From an uncultured delta proteobacterium (GTDB taxonomy: Bacteria; Desulfobacterota; Desulfobacteria; Desulfobacterales; Desulfatirhabdiaceae), in assembly GCA_963789395.1 (NCBI GenBank), contig CAWBKP010000019.1:64001-128000 (forward strand): 64,000 bases of DNA, written 5' to 3'. Position 1 is the first letter of the stretch; each line of letters begins with the position of its first letter. Below, one piece after another: positions 1 through 9,461 of the stretch. Below the pieces are notes generated by a model. The model did not search any database and was not told the DNA's origin. It saw only the letters and a program-made list of their open reading frames with translations. The position numbers and the translations under genes were made by a program.

Positions 1-1
1 G

Positions 2-793
2 CAGCGAAAAGCCCATGGCCTTAAGGCGGATCAGATCGTTTTTTCAAGGGGAGCGATTCGGAACATTATCTCCGGCTATACCCGTGAAGCGGGCCTGAGA
101 AACCTGGAGCGTGAAATCGCCACGATCTGCCGGGGGGTCGCCAGCAAGGTGGCTGAGGGAGAGGCCACATCCGCCACCATTAATCTGAACAATCTTTCCA
201 AATATCTGGGTCCGATCAAAATACAGATTGAAACCCGCGCCAGAGTGTCCACCCCCGGGGTGGCGGTCGGCCTTGCCTGGACACCGAATGGGGGCGATAT
301 CCTCTTTATCGAAGCAACCGCCATGAAAGGCGGCAAAAACCTGACCCTGACCGGCCAGCTGGGGGATGTCATGAAGGAATCCGCAACCGCGGCATTAAGC
401 TTTATCCGCTCCAATGCGGTTGCAATGGGAATTCCGGAAGACTATTTCGCCGACCATGATATTCATATTCATATTCCGGCGGGCGCAATCCCCAAGGATG
501 GCCCGTCTGCCGGCGTCACCATGCTGGCAGCGCTGACATCGCTTCTGACCAACAAGCCGATTCGAAAAGATCTGGCCATGACCGGAGAGATTACGTTAAG
601 GGGCCAGGTGCTGCCGGTCGGCGGAATCAAGGAAAAAATGCTGGCTGCGCACCGGGCCGGAATCAAGACCATCATCATGCCCAAGTGGAATGAAAAAGAT
701 CTGGAAGAGATTCCCAAAAAGATTCAAAAAGACATTCAATTCCATTTTGTTGAAAAAATGATGGATGTGATCAAGCTGGCCCTGGAAAAATGA
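2..793 (+). CDS. lon: ATP-dependent Lon protease, C-terminal part (5' end outside window)
   Basis: Frame is open from base 2 ([14 protein letters not shown]). Catalytic motifs PKDGPSAG (Ser) and PVGGIKEK (Lys) are present. Confidence 0.97.
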   Translation, partial: QRKAHGLKADQIVFSRGAIRNIISGYTREAGLRNLEREIATICRGVASKVAEGEATSATINLNNLSKYLGPIKIQIETRARVSTPGVAVGLAWTPNGGDILFIEATAMKGGKNLTLTGQLGDVMKESATAALSFIRSNAVAMGIPEDYFADHDIHIHIPAGAIPKDGPSAGVTMLAALTSLLTNKPIRKDLAMTGEITLRGQVLPVGGIKEKMLAAHRAGIKTIIMPKWNEKDLEEIPKKIQKDIQFHFVEKMMDVIKLALEK

Positions 794-1560
794 AACGCTG
801 CTGCATGATACTCCTGGCGGGGATGTTGATCGCCGGTGTCTATGGATGCAGCCGTTCCGTGCCCTCTTCCAGACGCCCGCCCGCACCAGCTTCCAGCCTT
901 CCGCCGACTGCCGTGGTTCCGCCGTCTTCTCCCAAGCCTTACAAGGCCCTGGGCCAGTGGTACCAGCCGCTTCCGGACGCCAGAGGGTTCAAACAGACGG
1001 GTATTGCGTCATGGTACGGGGAAGATTTCCACGGGAAGAAAACCTCAAGCGGCGAGATTTATGATATGTATGCCGAATCCGCGGCGCACAAGACCCTTCC
1101 CCTGGGGACGATCGTCCGGGTGCGGAATCTGGACAACAACCGGGAAATGGAGATCCGCATCAACGACAGGGGGCCGTTTGTGGCCGGCAGGGTTATTGAT
1201 CTGTCTTATGCCTGCGCCACCAAGCTCGGTGTGGTGGGGCCGGGCACCGCGCCGGTTGAAGTGATTGCGGTTGGAACAACAGCCCTTGCGGGCAGCGGTG
1301 CCACAGGTTCTGCGGATTTTTATTATCAGGGAAATTTCACGATTCAGGTCGGGGCTTTTTCAGACCGCAACAACGCGGAGAGGCTGCGGGCCAAACTGGA
1401 CAAATCCTATCAGAACGCTCATATCCAGACCTATGACACCGGCAGGGAAATATATTACCGGGTCAGGGTTACAAAAGCATCGAGTCTCGAGCAGGCCATC
1501 CAGTATGAAAAAACGCTGGCTTCAGGCGGCTACGACGGGGCTTTTGCAGTGGCTGAATAA
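790..1560 (+). CDS. rlpA: Septal ring lytic transglycosylase RlpA family lipoprotein (DPBB + SPOR)
   Basis: Lipobox-like VYGC; GIASWYG, AAHKTLP and RINDRGPF motifs; C-terminal SPOR motif IQVGAF. Confidence 0.95.
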   Translation: MKRCCMILLAGMLIAGVYGCSRSVPSSRRPPAPASSLPPTAVVPPSSPKPYKALGQWYQPLPDARGFKQTGIASWYGEDFHGKKTSSGEIYDMYAESAAHKTLPLGTIVRVRNLDNNREMEIRINDRGPFVAGRVIDLSYACATKLGVVGPGTAPVEVIAVGTTALAGSGATGSADFYYQGNFTIQVGAFSDRNNAERLRAKLDKSYQNAHIQTYDTGREIYYRVRVTKASSLEQAIQYEKTLASGGYDGAFAVAE

Positions 1561-1593
1561 CACGGATTCTTTTATGTTCGGGAGGCAGTGACG

Positions 1594-2547
1594 ATGTCGA
1601 ATCATCATGATGAAGAAAATACCTGTAAAACCGATGCTGAATCTTTTACGCGGTATCGCAGCCGCATTCCGGATCTGGCGGAATCGCTTATCACCAGTTG
1701 CCATGACAGGGAATGTTTTACGCACATTGATTACGATCCCATTCCTTCCGAAGGCTATGTGGTGGATATCATCGATAAGCTTCGGGAAATTCTTTTTCCC
1801 GGATATTTCAGCCGGGAAAAAATTGATCCGGTCAGTCTTAAATATACCATGGGCCAGGCGGTTACGGCATTGTTTGATATGCTCTCGGAGCAGATCACCC
1901 ATAGCATCCGCCATGATTGCTTCCGGTATGACCTTTCCTGCAGCGATTGCGGCGACCGGGGATATGAAACCGCGCTGGCAGTGCTGGAATCCATTCCGTC
2001 GATACGAAAGATTCTGGCAACCGATATCCGGGCTGCATATGAAGGGGATCCTGCTGCAAAAAGCCACGATGAAATCATTTTCAGTTATCCCGGAATATAT
2101 GCCATGAGCGTCTATCGGGTCGCCCACAGGCTTTTTGAGTTGAATGTGCCGCTGCTTCCCCGGATCATGACCGAACATGCGCACAGTATCACGGGAATCG
2201 ATATTCATCCCGGAGCCCGGATCGGAGAAAGCTTTGTCATTGATCACGGCACCGGGGTGGTGATCGGGGAAACAACCGTGATTGGAAACAACGTCCGGAT
2301 TTATCAGGGGGTGACCCTGGGGGCATTGTCTCTTCCGAAGAATGCCGGTGAAAAACTGCGGGGGAAAAAACGTCATCCCAGCATTGCCGATGATGTCATT
2401 ATTTATTCAGGGGCAACCATTCTGGGCGGCGATACGGTGATCGGGGAACGATCGGTCATTGGCGGCAATGTGTGGATTACAGAGTCTGTTCCGCCCGACA
2501 CGACGGTCATGATGGAACCCCCCCGGCTGATTTACAAGCATCCGTAA
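1594..2547 (+). CDS. cysE: Serine O-acetyltransferase
   Basis: [25 protein letters not shown] and KRHP motifs; GGAGG RBS at 1581. Confidence 0.93.
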   Translation: MSNHHDEENTCKTDAESFTRYRSRIPDLAESLITSCHDRECFTHIDYDPIPSEGYVVDIIDKLREILFPGYFSREKIDPVSLKYTMGQAVTALFDMLSEQITHSIRHDCFRYDLSCSDCGDRGYETALAVLESIPSIRKILATDIRAAYEGDPAAKSHDEIIFSYPGIYAMSVYRVAHRLFELNVPLLPRIMTEHAHSITGIDIHPGARIGESFVIDHGTGVVIGETTVIGNNVRIYQGVTLGALSLPKNAGEKLRGKKRHPSIADDVIIYSGATILGGDTVIGERSVIGGNVWITESVPPDTTVMMEPPRLIYKHP

Positions 2548-2600
2548 CATTATCGCGGCATCCACGTTAAACCGGCCCACGGAGGCGCAAGGAAAATGAT

Positions 2601-3809
2601 TTATGCGATCAGGGCATCGGCCCACTGAACAGCCGCCAGATAATTTTCCGGAAGAATTTTTTCGGAAACGCCCAGGACTTGAACCGTTTCATTGACCTTG
2701 TTCCAGTTCCCGGTCTCGTACTGCACGGCCAGAGACAGAACATCTGCATAATTTCCTTTGCCCTGAATCAGCGCCTCTTTAATCGTGTCTGAAAGGGGAA
2801 GCTTTTCCAGAAGACTTTCCATCGTATCATCCAGAAGCGTATCGATCAGGGAAAAAAGACCGATGGTGAACAATTCCGGAGCCTTTCCGGATAATCCGCA
2901 GTGAGGACAGGTCAGTTCGCAGAATCTGCCCCGGATACTGGACAGCCGGATTAATTCATCGGTTTTGTCCGATCCCAGCGTGGTCAGCGAAATTACGGAT
3001 ACAAACCGGGTCAGTTGTTCAAGGCCCAGAAGGATCAATGCCTGTTTGATTGATTTTACGGTTGTTCCTCGAAAAAAATAAGCTGAATTCAAATAGTTAA
3101 GCAGTTTAAAGGAAATTCCTACATCCCGGGAGATTATTTTTTCCAGATCCGTTATGGTAATATTCGGATCTCTCACCTGCGCCATGATAACCAGCAGATT
3201 CAGTTTGCTGCTGGGAACCTCACGGGATCGGATGATTTGGGGTCTGCAAAAAAAATATCCCTGAAAATACGAAAACCCCAGTCTGGAAGCCACGTTGTAA
3301 GTTAAGCGCGTTTCAACTTTCTCGGCAATCAATTCAACCGGATACTTCTGCAGCCTGCTGATAATGCTGCCCATATCCGCGGTTGCGGTTTGCAGGAAAT
3401 CAATTTTCACATATTGAACCAAGTCCAGCAGCGGCTCCCACGCAGGATGGTAAATAAAGTCATCCAGCGCCAGCGCGTATCCTTCATTGCGGATATCGTG
3501 ACAGGCCGTCAGTATTTCGGTGCCGGGCATGACATTTTCAAGAACTTCGACCACGATGCTTTCTTTGGGAAAGGCAAGGGGGAGTTTTTGAAGCAGTAGA
3601 TTCTGCGTGAAATTGATGAAGCATTTTTTTTGGTGGGTCAGGGCTTCCAATCCGATGGAGAGAAAAGAATGGGAAAGCAGTTCCAGCGTGGCGGCATCGC
3701 CATCGGGATGGTTCATGACACTGCTGATGCCGTCTCTGAAGAGAAGTTCATAGGCGACACAGCGAAGGTTTTTGTCAAATATGGGTTGTCTGGCGACAAA
3801 AATTTCCAT
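2601..3809 (-). CDS. EAL and modified HD-GYP (HDOD) domain signal transduction protein, YuxH-like
   Basis: FVARQPIFD, YELLFR, ALDDF, AEKVET and FQGYFF, followed by an HDOD region (LLNYLNS, FTIGLFSLID). Confidence 0.9.
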   Translation of the reverse strand: MEIFVARQPIFDKNLRCVAYELLFRDGISSVMNHPDGDAATLELLSHSFLSIGLEALTHQKKCFINFTQNLLLQKLPLAFPKESIVVEVLENVMPGTEILTACHDIRNEGYALALDDFIYHPAWEPLLDLVQYVKIDFLQTATADMGSIISRLQKYPVELIAEKVETRLTYNVASRLGFSYFQGYFFCRPQIIRSREVPSSKLNLLVIMAQVRDPNITITDLEKIISRDVGISFKLLNYLNSAYFFRGTTVKSIKQALILLGLEQLTRFVSVISLTTLGSDKTDELIRLSSIRGRFCELTCPHCGLSGKAPELFTIGLFSLIDTLLDDTMESLLEKLPLSDTIKEALIQGKGNYADVLSLAVQYETGNWNKVNETVQVLGVSEKILPENYLAAVQWADALIA

Positions 3810-4093
3810 TATTGCCTGTGAATTCGACAAAAAATATATTTTTCTTCGGCAAGAATAAATTGGTGCCAATCAATATGATAAGAACCATCCAAAATCAATA
3901 CATTTATTTTATACGTATCGAAAAGATGTTGATATATTCCTTGTCACTTGAAGTAATTATTATTTATTCGCAACTTGGTCTGAGACAAGTCCGGCAGGAA
4001 CACATTTTGCATTGACAAGACCCGAAAAGTATTGAAAGCTACACTTCCTGCAAATATGCTACGAGTTAATGTTTATCGAAAAGAAGCCTTATC

Positions 4094-5482
4094 ATGAGCA
4101 TTCAAAAAGGTCAGTTGCTTGATGTTGCCATATCCGATGTCGCCTACGGCGGCAAGGGGATCGTTCACGTTGAAGGGTTTGCTGTTTTTGTGGATCAGGC
4201 GGTTCCCGGCGACAGGGTCAGAATCATTATTACCCGAAAAAAGAAAAATTATGCTGAAGCCCGCGTGGTGTCACTTCTTCAACCGTCTTCGGACCGGGTT
4301 GCTGCGCCCTGTCCTTACAGCGGCGTTTGCGGAGGGTGTAAATGGCAGTTTCTGGACTATGACCGGCAACTGGTGTATAAGCGGCGGCACGTTGCGGAAT
4401 CGTTGGCGCATATCGGCTTGATTCAAGATGCAACTGTCCATCCGACCCTTGCTTCCGAGCTGCACTTCGGATATCGCAATAAAGTGGAATTCACATGTTC
4501 GGACAGCCGGTGGCGGTTGCCGGATGAAATGCAATACCCTGACGCATCCAGTAGTTTTGCCCTGGGCTTCCATGTGCCGGGCGTGTTTCATAAAGTTCTG
4601 GATATCGAGGCCTGTCTGCTGCAGCCGGACCTGGGAAACCGGATTTTGAGCGATGTGCGCCGGTATATTCAATCATCGGATATACCGATGTATTGCCCCA
4701 AAACCCATAACGGGTTCTGGCGGTTTGTCATGCTTCGGCATTCTCTGGCCCATGACCACTGGATGGTGAATCTGATCACCGCCGCGGAAAACCGCGGGGC
4801 CCTGCAGCCCCTGGCGGATTTGCTGCAGGATAAGTATCCGCAAATCATCTCCGTGGTCAACAACATTACCGCCAAAAAGGCTGCGATATCCGCCGGGGAA
4901 TACGAAATTCGTCTTTGCGGCAGTTCGCATTTGACGGATCGCCTCTGCGGGTATGAATTTGACATCTCCGCCAATTCTTTCTTTCAGACCAACAGCAGCG
5001 GTGCGGAAACGCTGTATCATACGGTGATGGCGTATGCGGGACTGACCGGCAATGAAACGGTTTTTGACCTGTATTGCGGTACCGGCACCATTGCCATCTG
5101 TCTTTCAAAAACCGCAAAAAGGGTGATAGGCTTTGAAATCGTCGATGCCGCAGTTACCAACGCGGAAAAGAACTGCCTGAAAAACGGGGTCTCTAACTGC
5201 ACGTTTTACCGAGGAGATATCAAGGATAGGCTGTCCGAGGTGGAGCTTCCGCCCGATGTCATGGTCATCGACCCGCCGCGCGATGGCATGCACAAAAGTG
5301 TCGTGCAGCAGGTTCTGAACATGCTGCCGGCGCGGATCATTTATGTGTCCTGCAATCCGGCGACGCTGGCCAGGGATCTGGGGCTCATGAAAGACGCTTA
5401 TCGGGTTGTCGAGGTGCAGCCCGTGGATATGTTTCCCCATACGTTTCACATCGAATCGGTCGCCAGCCTTCAAAAGCGGTGA
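4094..5482 (+). CDS. rlmD: 23S rRNA (uracil-5)-methyltransferase, TRAM/RlmD family
   Basis: TRAM N-terminus; CPYSGVCGGC Fe-S motif; FFQTN, DLYCGTG, DPPR and YVSCNP motifs. Confidence 0.95.
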   Translation: MSIQKGQLLDVAISDVAYGGKGIVHVEGFAVFVDQAVPGDRVRIIITRKKKNYAEARVVSLLQPSSDRVAAPCPYSGVCGGCKWQFLDYDRQLVYKRRHVAESLAHIGLIQDATVHPTLASELHFGYRNKVEFTCSDSRWRLPDEMQYPDASSSFALGFHVPGVFHKVLDIEACLLQPDLGNRILSDVRRYIQSSDIPMYCPKTHNGFWRFVMLRHSLAHDHWMVNLITAAENRGALQPLADLLQDKYPQIISVVNNITAKKAAISAGEYEIRLCGSSHLTDRLCGYEFDISANSFFQTNSSGAETLYHTVMAYAGLTGNETVFDLYCGTGTIAICLSKTAKRVIGFEIVDAAVTNAEKNCLKNGVSNCTFYRGDIKDRLSEVELPPDVMVIDPPRDGMHKSVVQQVLNMLPARIIYVSCNPATLARDLGLMKDAYRVVEVQPVDMFPHTFHIESVASLQKR

Positions 5483-5523
5483 TCAGGCGATTTATCGGAG
5501 TCAAACTGCATGGTGCGTTGAAA

Positions 5524-6096
5524 ATGGAGGCGGTGTTGCTCAAGCAGGTCGTTTTTCTGGACCGGGACGGGGTCATCAATCAGGACTCTTCGGATTACAT
5601 CAAGTCCTGGGAGGAGTTTATTTTCCTTCCAAACAGCCTGGAAGCTCTGAATATTCTTACTCGAAAAGGTTACACGCTGATTGTGATCACCAACCAGTCC
5701 ATCATCCACCGCAAGTGGGTGTCGCAGGAAGTGTTGGAAGGGATGCATCGCAGGATGCAAGCCACGGTAGCATCCCATGGGGGCAGAATAACCGATGTTT
5801 TTTTCTGCCCCCACACGCCGGAGCAGTCATGCTCCTGCCGGAAACCCAAGCCCGGATTGATTCAGCAAGCCTGTGAAAAATATGCCATTGATCTTTCCGA
5901 TGCCGTCATGGTGGGCGACAGCGCCAAAGATATTCTGTGCGGAAAGGCAGCGGGCTGTGGCAGAACGATTCTGGTCCGGACCGGCAAAGAACAAACTGAG
6001 GGGATAAAGGCACTGGATGCACTGGCGCGGGACAACGTCTATCCGACCGTGGTGGTGGCTGATTTGCTGGAAGCCGCCCGCTGGATCATTTCATGA
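5524..6096 (+). CDS. gmhB: D-glycero-beta-D-manno-heptose 1,7-bisphosphate phosphatase (HAD)
   Basis: FLDRDGVIN, ITNQS, CPH, CSCRKP and MVGDS motifs. Start uncertain (5524 ATG or 5536 TTG). Confidence 0.9.
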   Translation: MEAVLLKQVVFLDRDGVINQDSSDYIKSWEEFIFLPNSLEALNILTRKGYTLIVITNQSIIHRKWVSQEVLEGMHRRMQATVASHGGRITDVFFCPHTPEQSCSCRKPKPGLIQQACEKYAIDLSDAVMVGDSAKDILCGKAAGCGRTILVRTGKEQTEGIKALDALARDNVYPTVVVADLLEAARWIIS

Positions 6097-8288
6097 ATAC
6101 ATCCGGGACCCTGACCGATCTGGAAGGCTGTCTGGACCGCATTACGTTTTACAATCCGGAAAACCATTATACCATTGCAAAGTTTCGCCCCAGAGGCGCC
6201 CAGAACGCAATAACGGTTGTGGGATTCATGCCGGAGCCCACTGCCGGAGAATTTCTGAAGGTGGACGGCATCTGGGAAACGCATGTCCGGTACGGCCAGC
6301 AGCTTAAAATCCTACGATTTGAAGTACTGCTGCCGGCAACGGTTGACGGCATCCGGAAATACCTGAAATCCGGTGTGATCAAGGGGCTGGGAGCCAAAAC
6401 CATTTCCCGGCTGATCCGCCATTTCGGGGATCAGACCCTGGTGGTTATCGAATCCTCGCCCGAAAAACTGACTGAGGTCAAAGGCATCGGCAAGGCCACA
6501 GCCTCACAGATTGCGGAATCCTGGAAATTTCATCATGCGATTCGGAGGCTGATGCTTTTTCTCCAGAACCACGGCATTTCTCTGGCATACAGCGGCAGGA
6601 TTTTCAAACAATATGGCGCTGCTGCCGTCGATATCCTCACGAATCACCCTTTCCAGATCGCCTGTGATCTTCCGGGAACCGGTTTTTACATCGCCGATCG
6701 GATTGCGCAGCATCAGGGCGCCCTTTCCGATGATCCGCTGAGAATCCGGGCCTGTATTCTGTATCTGCTGGAGCAGGCTGCCTCTGACGGCCATATGTTC
6801 ATGACAGGCCATGAAACCCTGCGAAAGTGTGCCAGGCTGTTTGACATTGATGCTGAATCGGCATCCGCGGCCATGCAGGAACTTTCCGGTGACGGGCAGG
6901 TGGTTCAGGAAACGATGGGCGGTCCGGGTAGAGATCGGGGCAGTGATCAGGCGCTATACCTTTCGGCCCTGCATCGGGTGGAAACAGGCATAGCCCGCCG
7001 GCTCAAGGCGATTCTGTCCGTCCCGGTGAAACCACCGGATATCAATCAGGAACAGATGACCCGGGAAATTCTGGCGCGCCTGGCCATTCAGCTTTCCGCG
7101 GAGCAGCAGACCGTGCTGGAGGAGATTCTCCTGCATCACATCGCCATCATTACCGGAGGGCCGGGAACCGGAAAAACCACCCTTATCCGGTCTATCGCAG
7201 CGATATGCGATCGTCTGCGGCAGAAAACCATCCTCTCCGCGCCGACAGGTCGGGCTGCCAGACGGCTTTCCGAGGTTGCCCGGAAAAAAGCCTCCACCCT
7301 GCATAAGCTTCTGGGGTATAATCTGGAGCAGAATGATTTTGAAAAAGATGAGGACGATCCCCTGGATGTGGATGTGATGATTGTGGATGAAGCCTCGATG
7401 GTGGATGCCCAGCTCATGTTTCATCTGCTGAAGGCCGTTCCCGTGACCGCCACCCTGATCCTGGTCGGGGATGTGTTTCAGCTCCCGTCTGTGGGGCCCG
7501 GAAATATTCTGTCGGACCTGATTCACTCCGGGGTCATCCGGACGTTCGAATTGAAAGAGATCTTCCGCCAGGCCAAAAAAAGCCCGATCGTCGTAAATGC
7601 CCACCGGGTCAGGCAGGGCAATCTTCCGAATCTGGAAAAGAACGCTTCAAAAGGCCTGTCAGAGTTTTATTTTATTGAACAATATCTGCCTGAAACAGTC
7701 GTAAAGACGATTGTCGAGCTGTGCAGCCGAAAAATTCCGGAGCGTTTCGGATTTGATCCGGTCCGGGATATTCAGGTGCTGACCCCCATGCACAAGGGAA
7801 CGGTGGGAACCATTCAGCTCAATCAGGTGCTTCAGGAAGCATTGAATTCCCAATCCGCCGTCGGGGCCGGAATCCAGTTCAGGCCCGGAGACAAGGTCAT
7901 GCATCTGAAAAACAACTATGCCAAGGAAGTGTTTAATGGCGACATCGGTGTTATCTCGGAAATCGATCTGTCAAAAAGACGGCTTTCCGTGAATTATGAC
8001 GACAGGATAGTGGATTATGAAAGCGAGGAACTCGAGGATCTGACCCTTGCCTATGCCATATCCGTGCATAAGTCGCAGGGTTCGGAGTATCCGGCTGTGG
8101 TGATTCCGCTGATGCCCCAGCATCACCCGCTGCTTCAGCGTAACCTCCTGTACACGGCCATTACACGCGGTAAAAAACTGGTCATTATCGTCGGAACCCG
8201 GCAGGCCCTGGATACGGCCATTAAAAACGATAGGCCCGGAAATCGCCTTTCGCTTCTGGATCAGCGATTGAAAAACGTGAGGCCGTGA
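6093..8288 (+). CDS. recD2: ATP-dependent RecD-like DNA helicase (RecD2)
   Basis: N-terminal OB/HhH region; Walker A GGPGTGKT; DEASM, HKSQGSEY and LYTAITR motifs. Confidence 0.95.
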   Translation: MNTSGTLTDLEGCLDRITFYNPENHYTIAKFRPRGAQNAITVVGFMPEPTAGEFLKVDGIWETHVRYGQQLKILRFEVLLPATVDGIRKYLKSGVIKGLGAKTISRLIRHFGDQTLVVIESSPEKLTEVKGIGKATASQIAESWKFHHAIRRLMLFLQNHGISLAYSGRIFKQYGAAAVDILTNHPFQIACDLPGTGFYIADRIAQHQGALSDDPLRIRACILYLLEQAASDGHMFMTGHETLRKCARLFDIDAESASAAMQELSGDGQVVQETMGGPGRDRGSDQALYLSALHRVETGIARRLKAILSVPVKPPDINQEQMTREILARLAIQLSAEQQTVLEEILLHHIAIITGGPGTGKTTLIRSIAAICDRLRQKTILSAPTGRAARRLSEVARKKASTLHKLLGYNLEQNDFEKDEDDPLDVDVMIVDEASMVDAQLMFHLLKAVPVTATLILVGDVFQLPSVGPGNILSDLIHSGVIRTFELKEIFRQAKKSPIVVNAHRVRQGNLPNLEKNASKGLSEFYFIEQYLPETVVKTIVELCSRKIPERFGFDPVRDIQVLTPMHKGTVGTIQLNQVLQEALNSQSAVGAGIQFRPGDKVMHLKNNYAKEVFNGDIGVISEIDLSKRRLSVNYDDRIVDYESEELEDLTLAYAISVHKSQGSEYPAVVIPLMPQHHPLLQRNLLYTAITRGKKLVIIVGTRQALDTAIKNDRPGNRLSLLDQRLKNVRP

Positions 8289-8353
8289 AGGCGTAAGGGC
8301 GCTAAATCGTGAAAAGGGCCGCTCTTACGTTCTTACGCGCTCACGATTTCACG
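8284..8353. repeat. Imperfect inverted repeat built from 8-nt periodic units
   Basis: Left arm CGTGAAGG-CGTAAGGG-CGCTAAAT-CGTGAAAA; right arm CTTACGTT-CTTACGCG-CTCACGAT-TTCACG. Confidence 0.6.
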
Positions 8354-8395
8354 CTTTTATAAACCTATTGTAGAAAGGCTTGATATAGATTGACC

Positions 8396-9391
8396 ATGTC
8401 GAATAATTTACTTGAGGTCCGTCATTTAAAGAAGTATTTCCCTATTCTTGGTGGCATTTTTAAAAGAAAAACAGGGTGTGTGTATGCGGTGGATGACGTC
8501 TCCCTGACGATTCAGGAGGGGAAAACCCTCGGGCTGGTCGGCGAATCGGGGTGCGGGAAAACAACGGTGGGAAGAGCCCTTCTCCGACTGATTGAGCCTG
8601 ACAGCGGCGCAATCAACTTCATGGGGCAGGATCTGATGGCGCTCTCACAAAGCCGGCTGAGAGGGGTTCGAAGAAATATGCAGATCATATTTCAGGACCC
8701 TTTCGAATCCCTGGACAGCCGGCAAACCATCGGTGATTTGCTTGAAGAGCCATACGAGATTCACCGGGTCGGATCTCTTGAGGATCGCAAAGCGTATGTG
8801 AAAAACCTGCTGAATCGGGTTGGCATGCCGGAGACGGCTGTTTCGCGTTTTGCCCATGAGTTCAGCGGAGGCCAGCGGCAACGGATCGGCATTGCACGGG
8901 CCATCGCATTAAATCCCAAGCTCATTGTCTGCGATGAGCCGGTTTCAGCGCTGGATGTCTCCATTCAATCCCAGATAGTCAACCTGCTGCTTGAGCTGCA
9001 GCGGGAGATGATGCTGTCCTACCTGTTTATTGCGCACAATCTGGCTGTGGTGAAACACATTTCAGATGACATCGCCGTGATGTATCTGGGAAGAATCGTG
9101 GAATACACGGAATCAGATGCCTTGTATGCGACTCCCTTGCATCCCTATACCCAGGCCCTGATATCGGCCATTCCAATTCCGGACCCGGCCCGAAAAAGAA
9201 AAAATTTTCTGCTTGCCGGAGATGTTCCTTCTCCAGCCACACCTCCCCGGGGATGTCATTTTCATCCCCGCTGCCCGTTTGCGGTTGCGGTTTGCAAAAC
9301 AGACTACCCGCAACTGATTTCTGTGTCCGGCATCGGTGAAATGCATCACCGGGTAGCCTGTCACCGGGCCGGCGCCGTATCCTTGCTCTGA
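8396..9391 (+). CDS. Oligopeptide/dipeptide ABC transporter ATP-binding protein (OppF/AppF-like)
   Basis: GESGCGKT, FSGGQRQR, CDEP and HPYT motifs; C-terminal Cys cluster GCHFHPRC...VACH. Confidence 0.93.
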   Translation: MSNNLLEVRHLKKYFPILGGIFKRKTGCVYAVDDVSLTIQEGKTLGLVGESGCGKTTVGRALLRLIEPDSGAINFMGQDLMALSQSRLRGVRRNMQIIFQDPFESLDSRQTIGDLLEEPYEIHRVGSLEDRKAYVKNLLNRVGMPETAVSRFAHEFSGGQRQRIGIARAIALNPKLIVCDEPVSALDVSIQSQIVNLLLELQREMMLSYLFIAHNLAVVKHISDDIAVMYLGRIVEYTESDALYATPLHPYTQALISAIPIPDPARKRKNFLLAGDVPSPATPPRGCHFHPRCPFAVAVCKTDYPQLISVSGIGEMHHRVACHRAGAVSLL

Positions 9392-9405
9392 CGTCTTCTG
9401 GAAAC

Positions 9406-9444
9406 AAAAAAGCCTTCTTTTCCCCGGATGGGGAAAAGAAGGCT
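9406..9444 (-). terminator. Rho-independent terminator of the minus-strand gene, between convergent genes
   Basis: Perfect 15-bp stem AGCCTTCTTTTCCCC / GGGGAAAAGAAGGCT with GGAT loop. The A-run at 9406-9411 gives a U-tail on the minus strand. Confidence 0.85.
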
Positions 9445-9461
9445 AATGGTTCCGACTCAGG

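Noticed and set aside
3848..3870. Minus-strand sigma54 promoter for the EAL/HDOD gene (TTGGCAC...TTGC)
   Set aside because: The GG-to-GC spacing is 15 nt, not the required 10.
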